Shown piece after piece: positions 1-12,648 of a stretch of DNA of 64,000 nucleotides. Below the pieces are notes generated by a model, which was not told the DNA's origin, searched no databases, and saw only the letters and a list, made by a program, of their open reading frames with translations. Numbering within the stretch: the first letter of the stretch is position 1; the number at the start of each line of letters is the position of its first letter. The stretch comes from Takakia lepidozioides. Taxonomy: Eukaryota > Plantae > Bryophyta. The position numbers and the translations under genes were made by a program. The stretch is from assembly GCA_030704615.1 (NCBI GenBank), contig CM060732.1, forward strand, positions 56,234,001-56,298,000, in the 5' to 3' direction.

Positions 1-840
1 CTTGGAGTACGGATCTGCAATATGGGTTGATAACTCCAACCAGGCTAAGTCTCTAGAATCCATTCAAGTGGGGGTGCTTAAGGAGTGTATGTCAGCATGC
101 TCCAAAACAGCCAATGTGGCTGTTCGGGGTGAGTTTGGCATTCCGTCCTTAAGCTCCCGACGAGATGAATTCAAGGTCAGATGGTGGGGTCAGCTGCAAC
201 ATATGCCCAACACCAGATATCCTAAGTTAATCGACTCTATATCTTGGAAACAGGACTGCCCTGTCAAACAGGCTAAGTCCTGGCAGAAGAGAGTAGAAGA
301 GATTCTCAAGGACCTGGACCTGGATCCGCAAGTCTTGACCCTGCTGGATAAATCTGACTTAGAGGCTGTAGTGTCCAAAGCCATGTCTGTTGCCATGAGA
401 TTGTCTGATGAAAATGAAGTTAGGCAGAAAACTTCCCTGAACTTGTTTCCAGTCAGTGGCATGGGGGAGGACATCTTGGATGACCTCAAGGGTCTACCCA
501 CTCTTGGCACTAGACTGAAATTTAAACTCAGGGCAGGAAGCCATCAAGAGACGCTCTCTTCAAATCTATCAAGGGCCTGTACCCCTGTTTACCAACTTTG
601 AAAGTCTCGAGGCTGAGCCAAAAGCCCAGGCCCTCCTGAGGCCTAGTTTTTGGGCAAATCACACACAGCAGATTGATGCTTGTGTGAAGGGATTTCTAGA
701 GGATATCTGGAAAACCCGGATTAATTCTATATATGAAGGTAAGTCTTACTACCAACGTCAGCCCTTGACAGAGGTAGGTTCTGTCCCTTTTGTTCCCGCT
801 CAAACTGGGCGCGGGGTCAATGGCCACAAGGCTACGGCAA
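1..840 (+). mobile_element. 3' part of a non-LTR retrotransposon (post-RT thumb/C-terminal region), antisense within an intron of the host dehydrogenase gene
   Basis: ORF 2-601 (LEYGSAIW...LESIQ...VRGEFGIPSL...RWWGQL...RYPK; later KFKLRAGSH) resembles the region following the RT core of LINE ORF2. The RT core lies outside the window and the right boundary is approximate. Confidence 0.65.
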
Positions 841-1023
841 ACAACGTCTTATGAGTACAATCTAATTTTCTTTGGATATCTAATTCTGTCAGAATGTTGC
901 TGAAATGATTTGCAGAGTTGGAGGACAAAGAATCGACAAATGGAAAGCCCACTGCTTAATGGAAACATTCGCCAATACAAAGGCAATATACAACATATGA
1001 TGGCATTCAGGAGGAGTACTCAC

Positions 1024-1122
1024 ATCAAAACCATGGACATTAAAGCCTGCATGGAGGAGACTGGTAGCCATGCCAAAGCCCATGGAGCCCAGTCCCAGAA
1101 AAGCCACCTTGGCCTTCCCCAT
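1024..1122 (-). CDS. First coding exon of a NAD(P)-binding 3-hydroxyisobutyrate/6-phosphogluconate dehydrogenase-family protein
   Basis: MGKAKVAFLGLGSMGFGMATSLLHAGFNVHGFD carries the Rossmann GLGxMG motif. It ends at a canonical donor GAT|GTGAGT (intron starts 1023). There is an in-frame stop 5 codons upstream of the ATG and a pyrimidine-rich acceptor (ccctttgctttccag) near 1225, consistent with a 5'UTR intron. Confidence 0.85.
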
Positions 1123-2057
1123 AGCTAGTTCCTTTTACCTTATGGCAATAATGGGGGTGAATATCCACCCTCCTAAGCCCTGCCGACACAACTGCCCACA
1201 AACCTCCTTGTCAAAATTGTCATCCTGGAAAGCAAAGGGACACATACAATAGCTTGGTGACCGATATAGGAGAGGATAGTACAAGTTCATCTCTCCTCCT
1301 CTGACGCTCAACTCGGGACTTAACGTTCTTCCCATGAAGAATGAAAAGCCCATCGCGCAGTGTTAGCCATAATAATGTCGTTGATCAGTAATTAGTTCGA
1401 CCATAAATGGGGGCTACCATTGTAGATATGATCTGGGCGATTACCCAGGAAAACCAACCTGGAAGCTTTCTGCAAGGATTTGATTGAATGAGATCGATGA
1501 GGAGACACAAATATAACCTGACTCCAAATGTTTTCTGCTAGCTTCACAAAACCATGTAATCATGTGGCGCACCTAATCTTTTAAATGATAAAACCGTTGA
1601 AATCAAAATGTCAAATCCACACTGAAGTACACAGCTTCTACTTCAAATGCTATAAAATGTGTAAATTTAGTTGGTAGTTCAAAGCATTTGTGCCTGGTAT
1701 TCAAAGTGACTAATTTCGCATGAATTCGAAACAGGAACGATTTTCCTCTCGCTCTCTGAATCATCCTGTTTGTCACGAAACGGATGAGCACTCGACTCAA
1801 GTAGAAAACCCTGTTCTTTCAACAAAGTACTACACTAACAGAAATACTGCATTCTCCGTTTCTCAATCACAATCGACAGCTGGAGATGGTGAGCTAATGA
1901 CCATCCATCAAGGTTCATTTTATCCCAATCTCACCTCAGAATTGCTGAGCCCAAACTGATCCCTGAAGTAGTTAGACCACTGGCCGCTGCGAAGTAGGAT
2001 TTATTTGGAGCATATCCTGTAAATGTAGGTCATATGCAGAGACCACATCGAGTTCTT

Positions 2058-2140
2058 CCTACCCCTTCCCTCCCTCTCTGTCTCCCTCCTCGATCACTTC
2101 CTCCTCCTTCTCTCTCTCTCTCTCTCTTTCTTCTCTCGCT
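2058..2140 (+). repeat. CT-rich microsatellite/polypyrimidine tract
   Basis: Run of ccctccctctct...tctctctctctctctctttc. Confidence 0.8.
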
Positions 2141-2320
2141 CACGCCCCAGAATGCACACTGTTCATGCTGGGTGGCCTGCCTGCGGACGTGGCAATTCCC
2201 GGCGAGCGAGACCAACTCTCTGCCATGCGACACGTGTAGACATGAGTTTCGCCCAGGAAATCCTGGCTAAGCTACCGCTGGTTAGTCTTTGTTGGAGCAA
2301 GGGTATATTATGGTTTCTCT

Positions 2321-2518
2321 TGACAACCAAGTTGTAGCCCACTGGTAATGGGCACATAACTTACCACCTCGTAAGTGGTTGTTGGTTCAATACACCGATT
2401 GGTGTCACAAAGGTGTCCACCTTCCTGCTGGAAGGGCAAGTAATGTAATCCTTCGGGGTCAAGAGACACCATAATTCACACTTTCTTCAAGAGAGACGTC
2501 ATAGATTATTATTATTAT
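2321..2518 (+). mobile_element. tRNA-derived SINE, copy 1
   Basis: A box TAGCCCACTGG (2335-2345), B-box-like GGTTCAATAC (2384-2393), 3' end gagacgtcata followed by a (TTA)n tail. Homologous to the copy at 30637-30770. Confidence 0.7.
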
Positions 2519-2580
2519 GAATTCTCTTGACCCCCAAGAAGTACTGTCTTCTAGTGTTTGGTGGACACTTTATGACATCC

Positions 2581-2724
2581 AATAATAATAATATTTGGCA
2601 AAGAAGCGTACATTATGGTGTCTTTTCACCTGGAAGGATTACGGCCTTCCGCTAGGAACGTGGACACCTTTGTGATACCAATCGGTGGATTAGGTGGTAT
2701 GTGCCCATTACCACTTGGTTGTCA
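2581..2724 (-). mobile_element. tRNA-derived SINE, copy 2 (inverted relative to copy 1, B-box region deleted)
   Basis: Reverse complement reads tgacaaccaagtggtaatgggcacatacc...attggtatcacaaaggtgtccac...caccataat, with the tail aataataataat at 2581-2592. Confidence 0.65.
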
Positions 2725-3589
2725 TGACATCCAACATGTTTGAAGTTTGAACCAATGTTGTTTGGCAGGGTATAGATCCATCTAGGTACCAACCAATGTT
2801 GGTCTGGTCTATAGGTGAAACATTGGTATAAAGTACTGGTTATGCACTAATATTAGACATCAGACCAGACATCAGACCAGTCTGGTTCCAAAGCCATCTT
2901 GAATTCACAAGTTTATCACATAGCAAGTATCAAGTGAAACCAAATACAATACAAATAATGAAATAAATATATATAAGTACAAGTATATAAGCATATGTAC
3001 ACATAAATTGGTATAGTACATATACCAGAGTAAATGAGGAAGGCGGCGGGGGAATATTGGTATTGTGGCTGGTATGAAAAATTTGATATCAGCCTGGTCT
3101 GGTATTTGACGAAGTATTCTCCCACCCGAGGTGAGAGCAACTCTATCATAGCAAGAGAAAATACCAGTGTTGGGCGGTTACCCGCCTGGCCCCGGGTAAC
3201 CGCCGGTTCCGGTTATGTGGAACCGGACCGGAACCGGACCCGCCTGTGCAGAACCGGAACCGGAAATTGGGGATTGCGTGGGAACCGGAATCGGCGGTTC
3301 CAGCTACGACCACATGTGTGGGAACTGGGTTTGGGGACTCCAAAGCGGTTCCGGTTCCGGTTCCACCCATGGGCTGTAGCCCTAAGTGTCTCTACAACTC
3401 ATCCAGCTCGCTCTCTCTCGCATACATCTTGCTCGCTACTCCAGTCCAGGTAAGGTTTGTGTTCCATGTCTCCATCTTCTACTTTATTGTTTGATTTCTC
3501 TCTTGCTCTTATTTCATCTCCATCTCCATTCTCTTTCCCTCTTAGGTTGATTGATTTAATGTGTTGTTTGTTTCTTTTCTTCTCAGTTT

Positions 3590-5290
3590 ATCGCACAAGA
3601 AGGGGCTGATCTCTCTTCTGCTGCTGTGGCAGGTGGTGGACACAAAGGGAGGGAGTGTGAGCAGGAGGGCCCCGCCAACCAGCCGTCGCTTGTTGTTGGT
3701 GAGCATCCACCATGTTCTTGTTTTTTTTAATTTTTTGGTTCAGCGGAGCTAATGGGCCCCATGCTCTTGTATTGTGGTAAGTGACGCATTGGAGGGAGGA
3801 AGTGCCAGCAGGAGGGCCCGCGCAACCAACCCCGTCGTCAACCAGCCCCTTGTTGGTAAGCATCCACCACTTTTGGTTATTTTACTGTTTTTAGCTTTAG
3901 TTCACCATGAAGCTAATCAGCTTCCTCCTTTTCTACTATGGCGTGTGGTGCAAGAGGTAGGGAGGACGAGTAAGGAGGGCCCACCTGCAACCAGGCCCCT
4001 TGGTCCATGGTAATCATTGCTCATCATTCTTCTTCTTTTTCTTTTTTTTTTCCTGTTTTCTTTTATGATATACCAAGGGGCTGATAGCCCCTTGCTCCAC
4101 TATGGTAGGTTTTACATTGGAGGGAGCACAAGCAAAGAGGGGCCCACCAACCAGCCCACATTACCCACTGGTAAGTATCTTTCCTTTCTTTAAAATTTTT
4201 TAATTCTTGATACAATTGGGGGTTGATAAGATAGCCCCTTTGGCTTCTGTTATAGCAGATTCTGCATGAGAGGGAGGGAGCCCAAAGTAGGGAGGGACCT
4301 GCCAACTAGCCACCATTACCCGCTTGTAACTCCCTTTCATTGAGCTTTATTTTTTTAGTTGTTTAAATTTTTGTTAAAAGAGGGGCTGATTAGCCCATTG
4401 CTCTTGCGCTACGGCTGATCGTGCATGGGAGGGAAAGGAGGGCAAGTAAAAAAGCACGTCAACCAGCCCCTCTCATCTTGTAGTAAGCCCCCACCCTTTA
4501 TCTTAGTTTTTTAATGTTATTCTTTCCAATGTGTGGTACAACAAAAGGCTGATTTGCCCTTCCTCATAGTGATATGTTGCACTCGGGAAGGGAGCAGAAA
4601 TAGGAGGCATCTTGACCCGCCAACCAGCCCCCGCGTGTACTTCCCCTTCATTGTTCTTTATTTTCTAATTATTTTAAGTTTGTGATATAAGAGGAGCTGA
4701 TTAGCCCCTAGCTCTTTTGCTATTGTAGATCGTGCATGGGAGGGAAAGAGGGCAAGTAGGGAGGCCTGCCAACCAGCCCCCGTTCCACCACACATGTAAG
4801 CATGCCCCTAATTTAATGTTGCATATTTTTTTTTTCCTAGAAAATTGGCATAGCAAGGGGCTGATCAGCCCCCTACTCTGTTGCTATGTAGATCACACAC
4901 AAGAAAGAGGAGTGCGAGTTTAGAGCCCGCTAACCAGCCCCCTCATCCTATGGTAAGCCCCCACCCTTTAATAGCTTAGTTTTTTATTTTATTTTTTCCA
5001 ATATGTGGTATAAGAGAGGGATGATTTGCTCCTCCTCTCATAGTGAAAGTTTGAACTCGGAAAGGGGAGCACAAATATCAAGAAGGCTTGACAGCCAGCC
5101 CCTACCTCTTGTGGACAATCACCCCACTTTAAAGCTTTATAATTTTTTAGTTATAACTCTTCATGTTGTGGTACAACAAGGACTGATTTATTTATATGTG
5201 GTGGGGGCATTGCAGATCATCTCCCAAGGCATGAAGTAGCCAAGCTGACCACTAAAGCATAAGACTGGTCCACCCCCAACTTGCTAGGTA
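3590..5290 (+). repeat. Tandem array of ~11 diverged ~157-bp units with exon/intron-like structure
   Basis: Recurring pattern: aggggctgat, often CAG/TAG, purine-rich segment, ccaaccagcc, GTAAG/GTGAG, T-rich tract. Donor-like GT at 3699, 3856, 4010, 4171, 4326, 4483, 4796, 4953 and 5288. Confidence 0.8.
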
Positions 5291-5557
5291 GTTTTTGTAA
5301 TTTGAAAATATAAATGTACATGTACTAGATAAAAAAAATAACGTAGATCTAAATGTAGGCCATGTATGTAACATTCAGCTCAATATGAAATAATAAATTG
5401 AGCAGTGCGGTGTCTCTCCCCACACTTTCGTTTTTGCCATCCATATACCATTCCAAACTTTTGTAAATATATGAGTTGTGCACAATTATTAAATGCCTTT
5501 TGGATTCTTTGTTTGCATTGTTTTTACACAGGAGTTGTTCCACAAGCTTTTTATGTC

Positions 5558-7894
5558 ATGGAGCCCAATATTTTCGATGAACTAGAAAGGGAAGTTGTTC
5601 CTGACGTCAATGTTGATAATGAGAGAGCTTTGGTGGAGTGTCATGTTGCGGAGGATGCTCATCATGCAGCCTCATTTATATCAGCTCATCAAGCCTCGGC
5701 TGCAATGTCATCTTCCACAGTTTCGCCATCACACACGGTGTTGGATGTGGAGGCGCAGCTCCCAGTACTTGAAAAACAACGGGATTTTTGGAAGCCCCAC
5801 AATCGCACTGCTTCGACATGGGCATTCTATGCAACAAAAGACTCTGCTCCAATGGACATAACAAATCCACAACAAATAAGGTGTGTTCTATGTCATCCTG
5901 TTGGTGTCACTCCTGCAAGCAAGAAGGGCATTGTGACCTATAATAAAACCAATGGTATCTCTGCCCTTCGAAAGCATGTAGATCAAGAACATGACATTGT
6001 TTTGCGTAGGTGGATTGAGAGGGAAAATGAAGGACCTGAGAAGGCCCATAGGCCAGCAAAAAAGAGGCCCGGCCCCACTCCTGGAAACCTAGTTTTTTTT
6101 TTTGGGAGCTCCACTCCATACAACCAAAATGATGATCAACAGAAGCAATTCAATGAGGATTTAGTCTTGTTCATTGCAAAGGAGTTGGTTCCACTGTCTT
6201 TGGTAGAATCCCCTTGGCTAAGAAGGATGGTGTTGAGGCAAAATCCTCGGATTGTTTTCCCTTCTCGACGGACATTTGTGAATGAGGCCATTCCAATCTT
6301 GGCAGAGAAGACGCAAGAGCGCTACATGTCCCCATCTCTTCAGAGTTGTGCTACTTGCTCCGTGAGTTTTGATTTGTGGATGTCAAGAGGGGGAACTGAC
6401 ACTTTTGTCATCATAGCGCACTTTATTTAATGAACAGTGGGAGCAATGTCATGTGACTCTTGGCATGTTTGAGACACCTGACACATCTGGGGCTGCCATG
6501 GCACATCAAGTCAACAATCTTCTTGTGAAGTATGGCCTCAATACTCGCATTATTGCTTACGTCAAAGATGAGGGAGGTAACTTGGCAACTTTGACCAATG
6601 CTTTGAATTCGGTGGTCTCATGTGCGTGTTTGGGGTTGGATTCTCCATTTGTGGGTAGCTGTTTTGGGCATGCAATGTCCAAGTGTTGCCAGTATGCGCA
6701 GATATGAGATCGGTTTCTACAAAAAATGCCCAATCAGAGTTGCAAAAAACCATTACTTGGACCAAAAAAAGTGGCAAAGGGAGACAAGAATGGGCAAAGG
6801 CATGTGTGGACAGCGGCATTCATCCCCACAAATTGAAGACTCCGGTGAAGACTCCGGTGAAGACACGGTTTGCTTCCAAGGTGATCCTCTTCCAAGAGAC
6901 TTTGGAGTTTAGGCAAGCCATAATCACTTGTTACTCTAGGCAAACCTCATTGGCACTGCAGTCTCGCATACCAAATCCACAAGTGTGGGTTATTGCCCAA
7001 TCAATTTCTACAGTTCTAGGGCCTGTGGTTCATGAGTGCATTATGAATCAATCTGGGGGATTTTGGTTGTTGTCCGATGCTCTTAATGCAGCCATTGCCA
7101 CAACAATTCGCATGCGAGGAAGTAGTGCTCCCAGGGCTGCAACTGTGGATCATTGCATGAGGGATTTCTCAACAGAGTTGATATTGTTGGAATGGCGGAT
7201 GCTCGAGAGGTGGTATATGTCTTGGAACCATTTCTTTCTTTTTTGGAAAGGTTTCAATCGCGCAAAGCTCACAATATGCTCGCGCTTATGCTTGACCCAC
7301 GTTACAAGGGGTTGTCATTGGTATCACAATATGTGGGCAAAGAACGTGCTTTGCATATTGTGTCCCAATATGATAGCATGGTGTTAGAGCCTCTTTTGAT
7401 AAAGTGTTTCAAGGTCTTACATCCGGATACTCCGGCCCAATCACAGCCCACTTCCACAATGGACGAGATGTCCTTATTTGGTGTGCATGACCACAATGAA
7501 GACATGACATTGACAGTAGTGAGAACAACTATCACATTTCAGAAGGACGAAGATAATTGAGGGTGAGTGCGTGGCTCCTTTGAAATGGTGGAAAGAACAC
7601 GAGTGTCTCTTTCCGTATGTGGGATTTTTGGCACGGCTAATCTTGGGCATAGTTGGATCTCAGATTGAAGCTGAGAGGGTTTTTAGTATTGCAGGTGTCA
7701 TAACAAACTTGAGACGGTGCAGGTTAAATATTGAAAACCTTGATATGCTTGTGAGTGTAGTCAAGAATTGGCCAAATGATACTAGAGTTCGTTGCTTTAG
7801 TACTTCCATGAAAGAGTTTTTGGATAGGGAAGAAGTCCTCTTAGATGAGAATGAGGACTTGATTGCAGAGGCAAACCTCTTTGAGGTAGAATGA
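5558..7894 (+). pseudogene. hAT transposase (BED-like zinc finger, DDE, hATC dimerisation), frameshifted
   Basis: W-x-F...CVLC...RKHVDQEH; SFDLWMS; YVKDEGGN; CFGH; VKTRFAS; LDPRYKGL; PLKWW...SQIEAERVFS. Spread over ORFs 5405-6430, 6453-6707, 6683-7387, 7153-7560 and 7571-7894. Confidence 0.9.
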
Positions 7895-9867
7895 TTTGTC
7901 TTAGAGACAAATTATTGTTCAACATATTACACTATACTCCTTTGATTGGAGTTTGTTTATTTGTCATTTTTATTGAAAATTTCAGTGACATCCCGTGTAC
8001 TTAGTTTGTTGTATGCTATATTGACAAAGCATCATCCAAAAAACACAAATTTATGTAGTTTTTTTTAGTTGTGCTTTTGCTGCACCATAAAAGGTAACCA
8101 TAGAATTACACATGTTAATTTTTGTTTTGTATTTTGAATTAAGATCCTTATGTAGTTAGTTTGTTTTAGTTGTTCTTTGCTACACCGTACGAAAACTTAT
8201 AAAATCTCTGGTTTTCCGTTTTTAATGGAGACCATGCGTATTTAACTAGTTATATATACCATAGAAGACAATCACAAAAAACATATAAGTTTATTTACTT
8301 CTGTTTTACTAATAAATTCCCTGGTTTTAGTTGAAAATTCTCAGTATGACCAATCAGATCAGTTCATCTAATTTTCCAGAAGAATAAAAAAATTAAAAGA
8401 ATTTAATATATTTTTTAAAAAGAACCGAAACCTAACCGGGAACCGGTGGTTTTTTTCCAGCAACTAACCGGTAACCGGAACCGCCCCCATGTTAAAAAGT
8501 CAGAACCTGAACCGGACCGGAACCGCCTTAATAAAAATAACCGGATCCGGATCCGGAACCATCTCTTCAAAAATTTGTGGAACCGGAACCGAAGGTTCCT
8601 TCACAAAGGCAAGAACCGCCCAACACTGGAAAATACCCTGCTAACAGCACCTTCTTTTCTCTCTGTAAGTTTCTAATGTTATTACCTATTATAAATAAAT
8701 ATTTCAAAAAAAATTAGGAAAAAAAAATAATGTTATTTAAATATTGTAATATAAATATAGAAATATATATTACAATTTATAATTTTATAATTTTTATTTT
8801 CAGCTATTTAATAATACAAAAAATAACTAAAGTTAGGAAAATAGACATAATGTGGAATTCTTTAGCTATCCATGAATCATAGATCAGCATCTATATATAT
8901 CAGCAACCCCTCCATCTTGCGAAAAAAGTGAACCGTTGTGCAGAAACCAGTGTTATGCGGGTTCTGACCTTTTTAAGGAACCCGCCGGGTCCGGGTGCGG
9001 GTTTTTTTTTCGGAGCCAAGTCCGGGTCCGGATCCGGGTTTTTGAAATTTGGAAAATCCGGGTCCGGGTTCGGGTCCGGGTTTGTCAACACGGACTTGGG
9101 TTAGGGTCCGGGTAGTTGTTGGGAAATATTAGCGGGTTCACGGGTTTGGATCCGGGTCCTAATTTATTTGATTAAATAAATTAGAAAAATAAGATTAATT
9201 AGGGATAAATTTATTTTTGGCTGGAAAAAACTTTAAATCCTAATAATGAATTTTATTTTAAGAGACATTCCTTCAAAATATACCATGAATATGAATATGT
9301 ATACCATGAATAAGAATTAAATTAAGTTTGAGTTCCATTTTCTATTTTTCAATATCAATGAATCAAGTTTATCTCTATTCTCATCTTTTTATCTCTATTC
9401 TATGTCGAATTCCAACATTGGCAAGGAGGGGGAAAATAGGACCCTTATTTATTTACTTAAACTTGGGGGCGGGGCGGGAGGGGGAGGAGCTGCGAGACGA
9501 CTCCCAACGGTCATCTCGACCTTTCCGAAGCTTGTTTCTGACCCTGCTCAACCCCGTAGCCACTGCAGATCACTCTAGGCATCCCCACCCCATGCGCAGA
9601 TCTCCTTTGATATATTTTTTAAGTTTTTCCATAGTTTTTTTCAAAGATTAGTTCCTTCAGCTGTTCATCCTTTCAACCCTCGTCCTTTCATCGCTTGCAT
9701 AGTTATACGCATCATCCCTAATCGGACAGCGCCGTCTCTAACTTAAGGAGATCACCTTCTCAAAGACCTTTCCCACTTTTCTCCCCTATTCCTCACGTTA
9801 GTTCTTCGGACCCCACTTCATCAGTTTCTTCCAGTGCTGCAGTGTTCTTCCTTATTTGATTAGTGCA

Positions 9868-12648
9868 ATGGCTCCTGGGAACAACCAGTTTCGCAGCAAA
9901 CAATCAATGGAGGCTTGTCGGGGTTTCCAGAATGGACAGAGAAGACCCAACATCTTATCTGGGACAGGCTTCTACCTCGCACATCAAGAGCGTTCCAGGA
10001 CTGCTACGACCAACGGGTCTGTAAGGAACGCCCCCCGCCCCCCCTCCTTTCCACTTCAGTCCTCTCTCTCCCCCCAACCCTTCCTTAAATTTCCCAGGCT
10101 GGATTCACCTCCAACAGTTCCAAACTGCTCAACCCACCCATTTTGGAAACTCCACCTACACAATGGGTGGAAGAAAACATTCTCAATCAAGCCGACTTGG
10201 ACAGGGACTATCCAATGATCAATATGAACATCCCAGATTTACAAAAAAAGGTTACAACCATGGAGGAGTCTGGTATCCTCATTCACTTTCCAGGGACAAA
10301 AGTGGATAGAGCTACTGTTAGAGACTGGGCCATTAAACATCTGGGCGGCCCTGGAGAACTGCATCAACAGTTTTGCCATGAGAAGGGTCGAGGTTTCTTT
10401 TCAATCCTGTTTGAAACCCAAGAAGCAGCAAACCAGGCCTTGCTTTTCAACCCCCACACAAAGGGATACAATGTCAACATATTCCCTTGGTCATCCAAGA
10501 TGGGAAACAAGAATGGTAAACTTTGGGGCCCACGCATTGTCTCTGTTCCTTACATCCCAGATCAATATCTGATTAACTTGGCGGACATTGCGAATCATTT
10601 TGGATCATACCTTGGATGTTTGGAGGTATTTGATCCCCAAATGTGTACACAGAACTTAAGGCAGGACCCAGCTTGGAGATCAGTGACTATTGCATCACGC
10701 CTTCATGAGACTGGATGTGCCAAATTTGTGTTGATGATGCCAAATGAGGATGTTCTGCCGCAATTCGTGAAACTGCCAATAGATGAAGAAGGCAACTATT
10801 TCACGATTCAGCTCATAGAAGACACTACCTATGCAGCTTGCTTCAACTGTGGTCAGATTGGTCACTTTAAAATCGACTGCCCCACAGCCAAACGCAAACG
10901 ACATCAGCCCGTTGTCCCCTTCAACCTTCAGCAGCAGCAACAAGGGGTACCCTCAACAGCGGAGGCGAATCAAAGGCAAAAAATGAACAACCACACCGTG
11001 GGCTCCATGCTTCCACCAAATGCTCATGCTGCCCAGGCCCTTCAAAGGGTTCCCAACGATCCTCTGCAACTGAGATCTTGTCCACAACATAATACTGCCA
11101 AAGGAGATAGCAGCAAGGATCCAATGCAGGCAGAATTACTGGCTCATCATCATACGAGGGGTTCTATTTCCAAAGGGAAGGCAAAGCAGATTGAACATCA
11201 ACAACTGGTGGCTACCGAAGAAGGGAAGACAAAAGTACAGGATGGACAACAGCCGAGATCAGTCAGACTGACACTTCTAACCAGCAACTCTTTTCCTAAA
11301 ATTACCACCGGCATCGCATGCAACTCCACCTTTGCCAATGTCAGCCTCCAAACCTGCTCATTCCCTCACCTGGATCTAAAGGGTTGCTCAGCATTGGAGA
11401 TGGTTGAAACACCAAAGGCTTCCTGTGTCACTCCCCTCATATTCCGGAAAAGTATTCCCCCAGCTATTCTAATCACATCAGATGATTTCGAATGTGTGGA
11501 ATCACTTTGGATTACTACTGTAGACATCAAACACTTCCTACAATCAAACCCTCCCAACAGCAACCCTGAGATTTTGTTCAAATACAAAATTCAGGAGTTC
11601 TTCCACAAGTCGCAGCCCCACTATTTGCTTTCACCATTTACAAAAATCTCGTGGGGAGCATATCTGGAGGAACACCCAGGGCTAAGTGTCAAACCCTCAA
11701 CCCATATTCTTGCCCTTGTAGAGGAGCAGAAATCTACTCTGCACCACCGCCAACAGAGGCAATTTGGACTTACCAGGAATGGCTATCTGCTCCGGGAAGA
11801 AGCCACAGATTGCAAATCTGTAATCAGGACACATTAGTCAGTGGGTTCCAGCTGCTTCAAGCTCACTTGGATTCCGAGGTTGACCATGACAATTACAGAA
11901 TGGAAATTCAAAGAACCAGGAGTACATCAACAAAAACAAGCTATTCGGATCCCCAAACGTGTCCTCGGACTCTTAGGAATCAACAAACACCTCAACTCAG
12001 GAGGAAAGCAGCAACTTCAACCCTGCAGTCGAAAGTCTACAAATATCGCCTCCAACAATACCGGTCTCCACTCAACTCATCGCCCAGGCCAGCTCGCAAG
12101 TCACCTCTCCACCTAGGGTTTTGACACCTACCTCTCTACCCTCCCCTATTCAGGTGCCCATCTCACCCTCACCCTGTTTCATTTACCAGCTTCAATCAGG
12201 AAATACTAACAGATGCTGGATGTTATGTAGTAAAAGTAAACATCTCAGCCAGAATAAAGATAGGAGACACATCCTACCAGCATGCAATTTGCCTGACAGC
12301 ATTCCCTCTGGAAATCTGCCTTCGGATGGTTCTCTTCTCCAAAGATATCCAGAGCTCCAGCACCTGTTTTCAGCTGTTTTTTTCCCGGATGGGGTATCTA
12401 CCCAGGCTGTTACCATATCCTCTGTTTCAAAAGAGCAGTTTCAACCAATACCAGATAACCAATATCCATGCAGAGCTAGGGGTGTATTCATAACCATCCT
12501 CAACAAAACCCGAAAACCCCCGAACAACTTCATCTGGGTCAACTCAGTGCGACCAAAAGATCGTAGGGTAAAATTCGTTTATCATACCAAAGGGCTATCA
12601 AACCTGGTTTCCAGTCCAGGCCCTCCATTCCTTCCCAATGACCTTTAA
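9868..12648 (+). pseudogene. LINE ORF1 (RRM/DUF4283-like region, CCHC zinc knuckle, long C-terminal extension)
   Basis: KGRGFFSILF...NIFPWS, then CFNCGQIGHFKIDC. Continues through ORFs 11841-12116 and 12121-12648, the last overlapping the ORF2 ATG at 12638. Confidence 0.8.

Larger units (their letters stand above)
3165..8628 (+). mobile_element. hAT DNA transposon (autonomous-type, frameshifted)
   Basis: Perfect 15-bp TIR CAGTGTTGGGCGGTT / AACCGCCCAACACTG. Perfect 8-bp TSD GAAAATAC (3157-3164, 8629-8636). Subterminal GGAACC/ACCGG repeats at both ends and an internal transposase. Confidence 0.95.

Noticed and set aside
3034-3494. GTGTG/RNRNR/PEPE ORFs (also 8446-8676 and 8900-9091)
   Set aside because: These are translations of hAT subterminal hexamer repeats.
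6835-6862. KTPVKTPVK as a special motif
   Set aside because: It is a simple 12-bp tandem duplication, absent from the paralogue at 33670.
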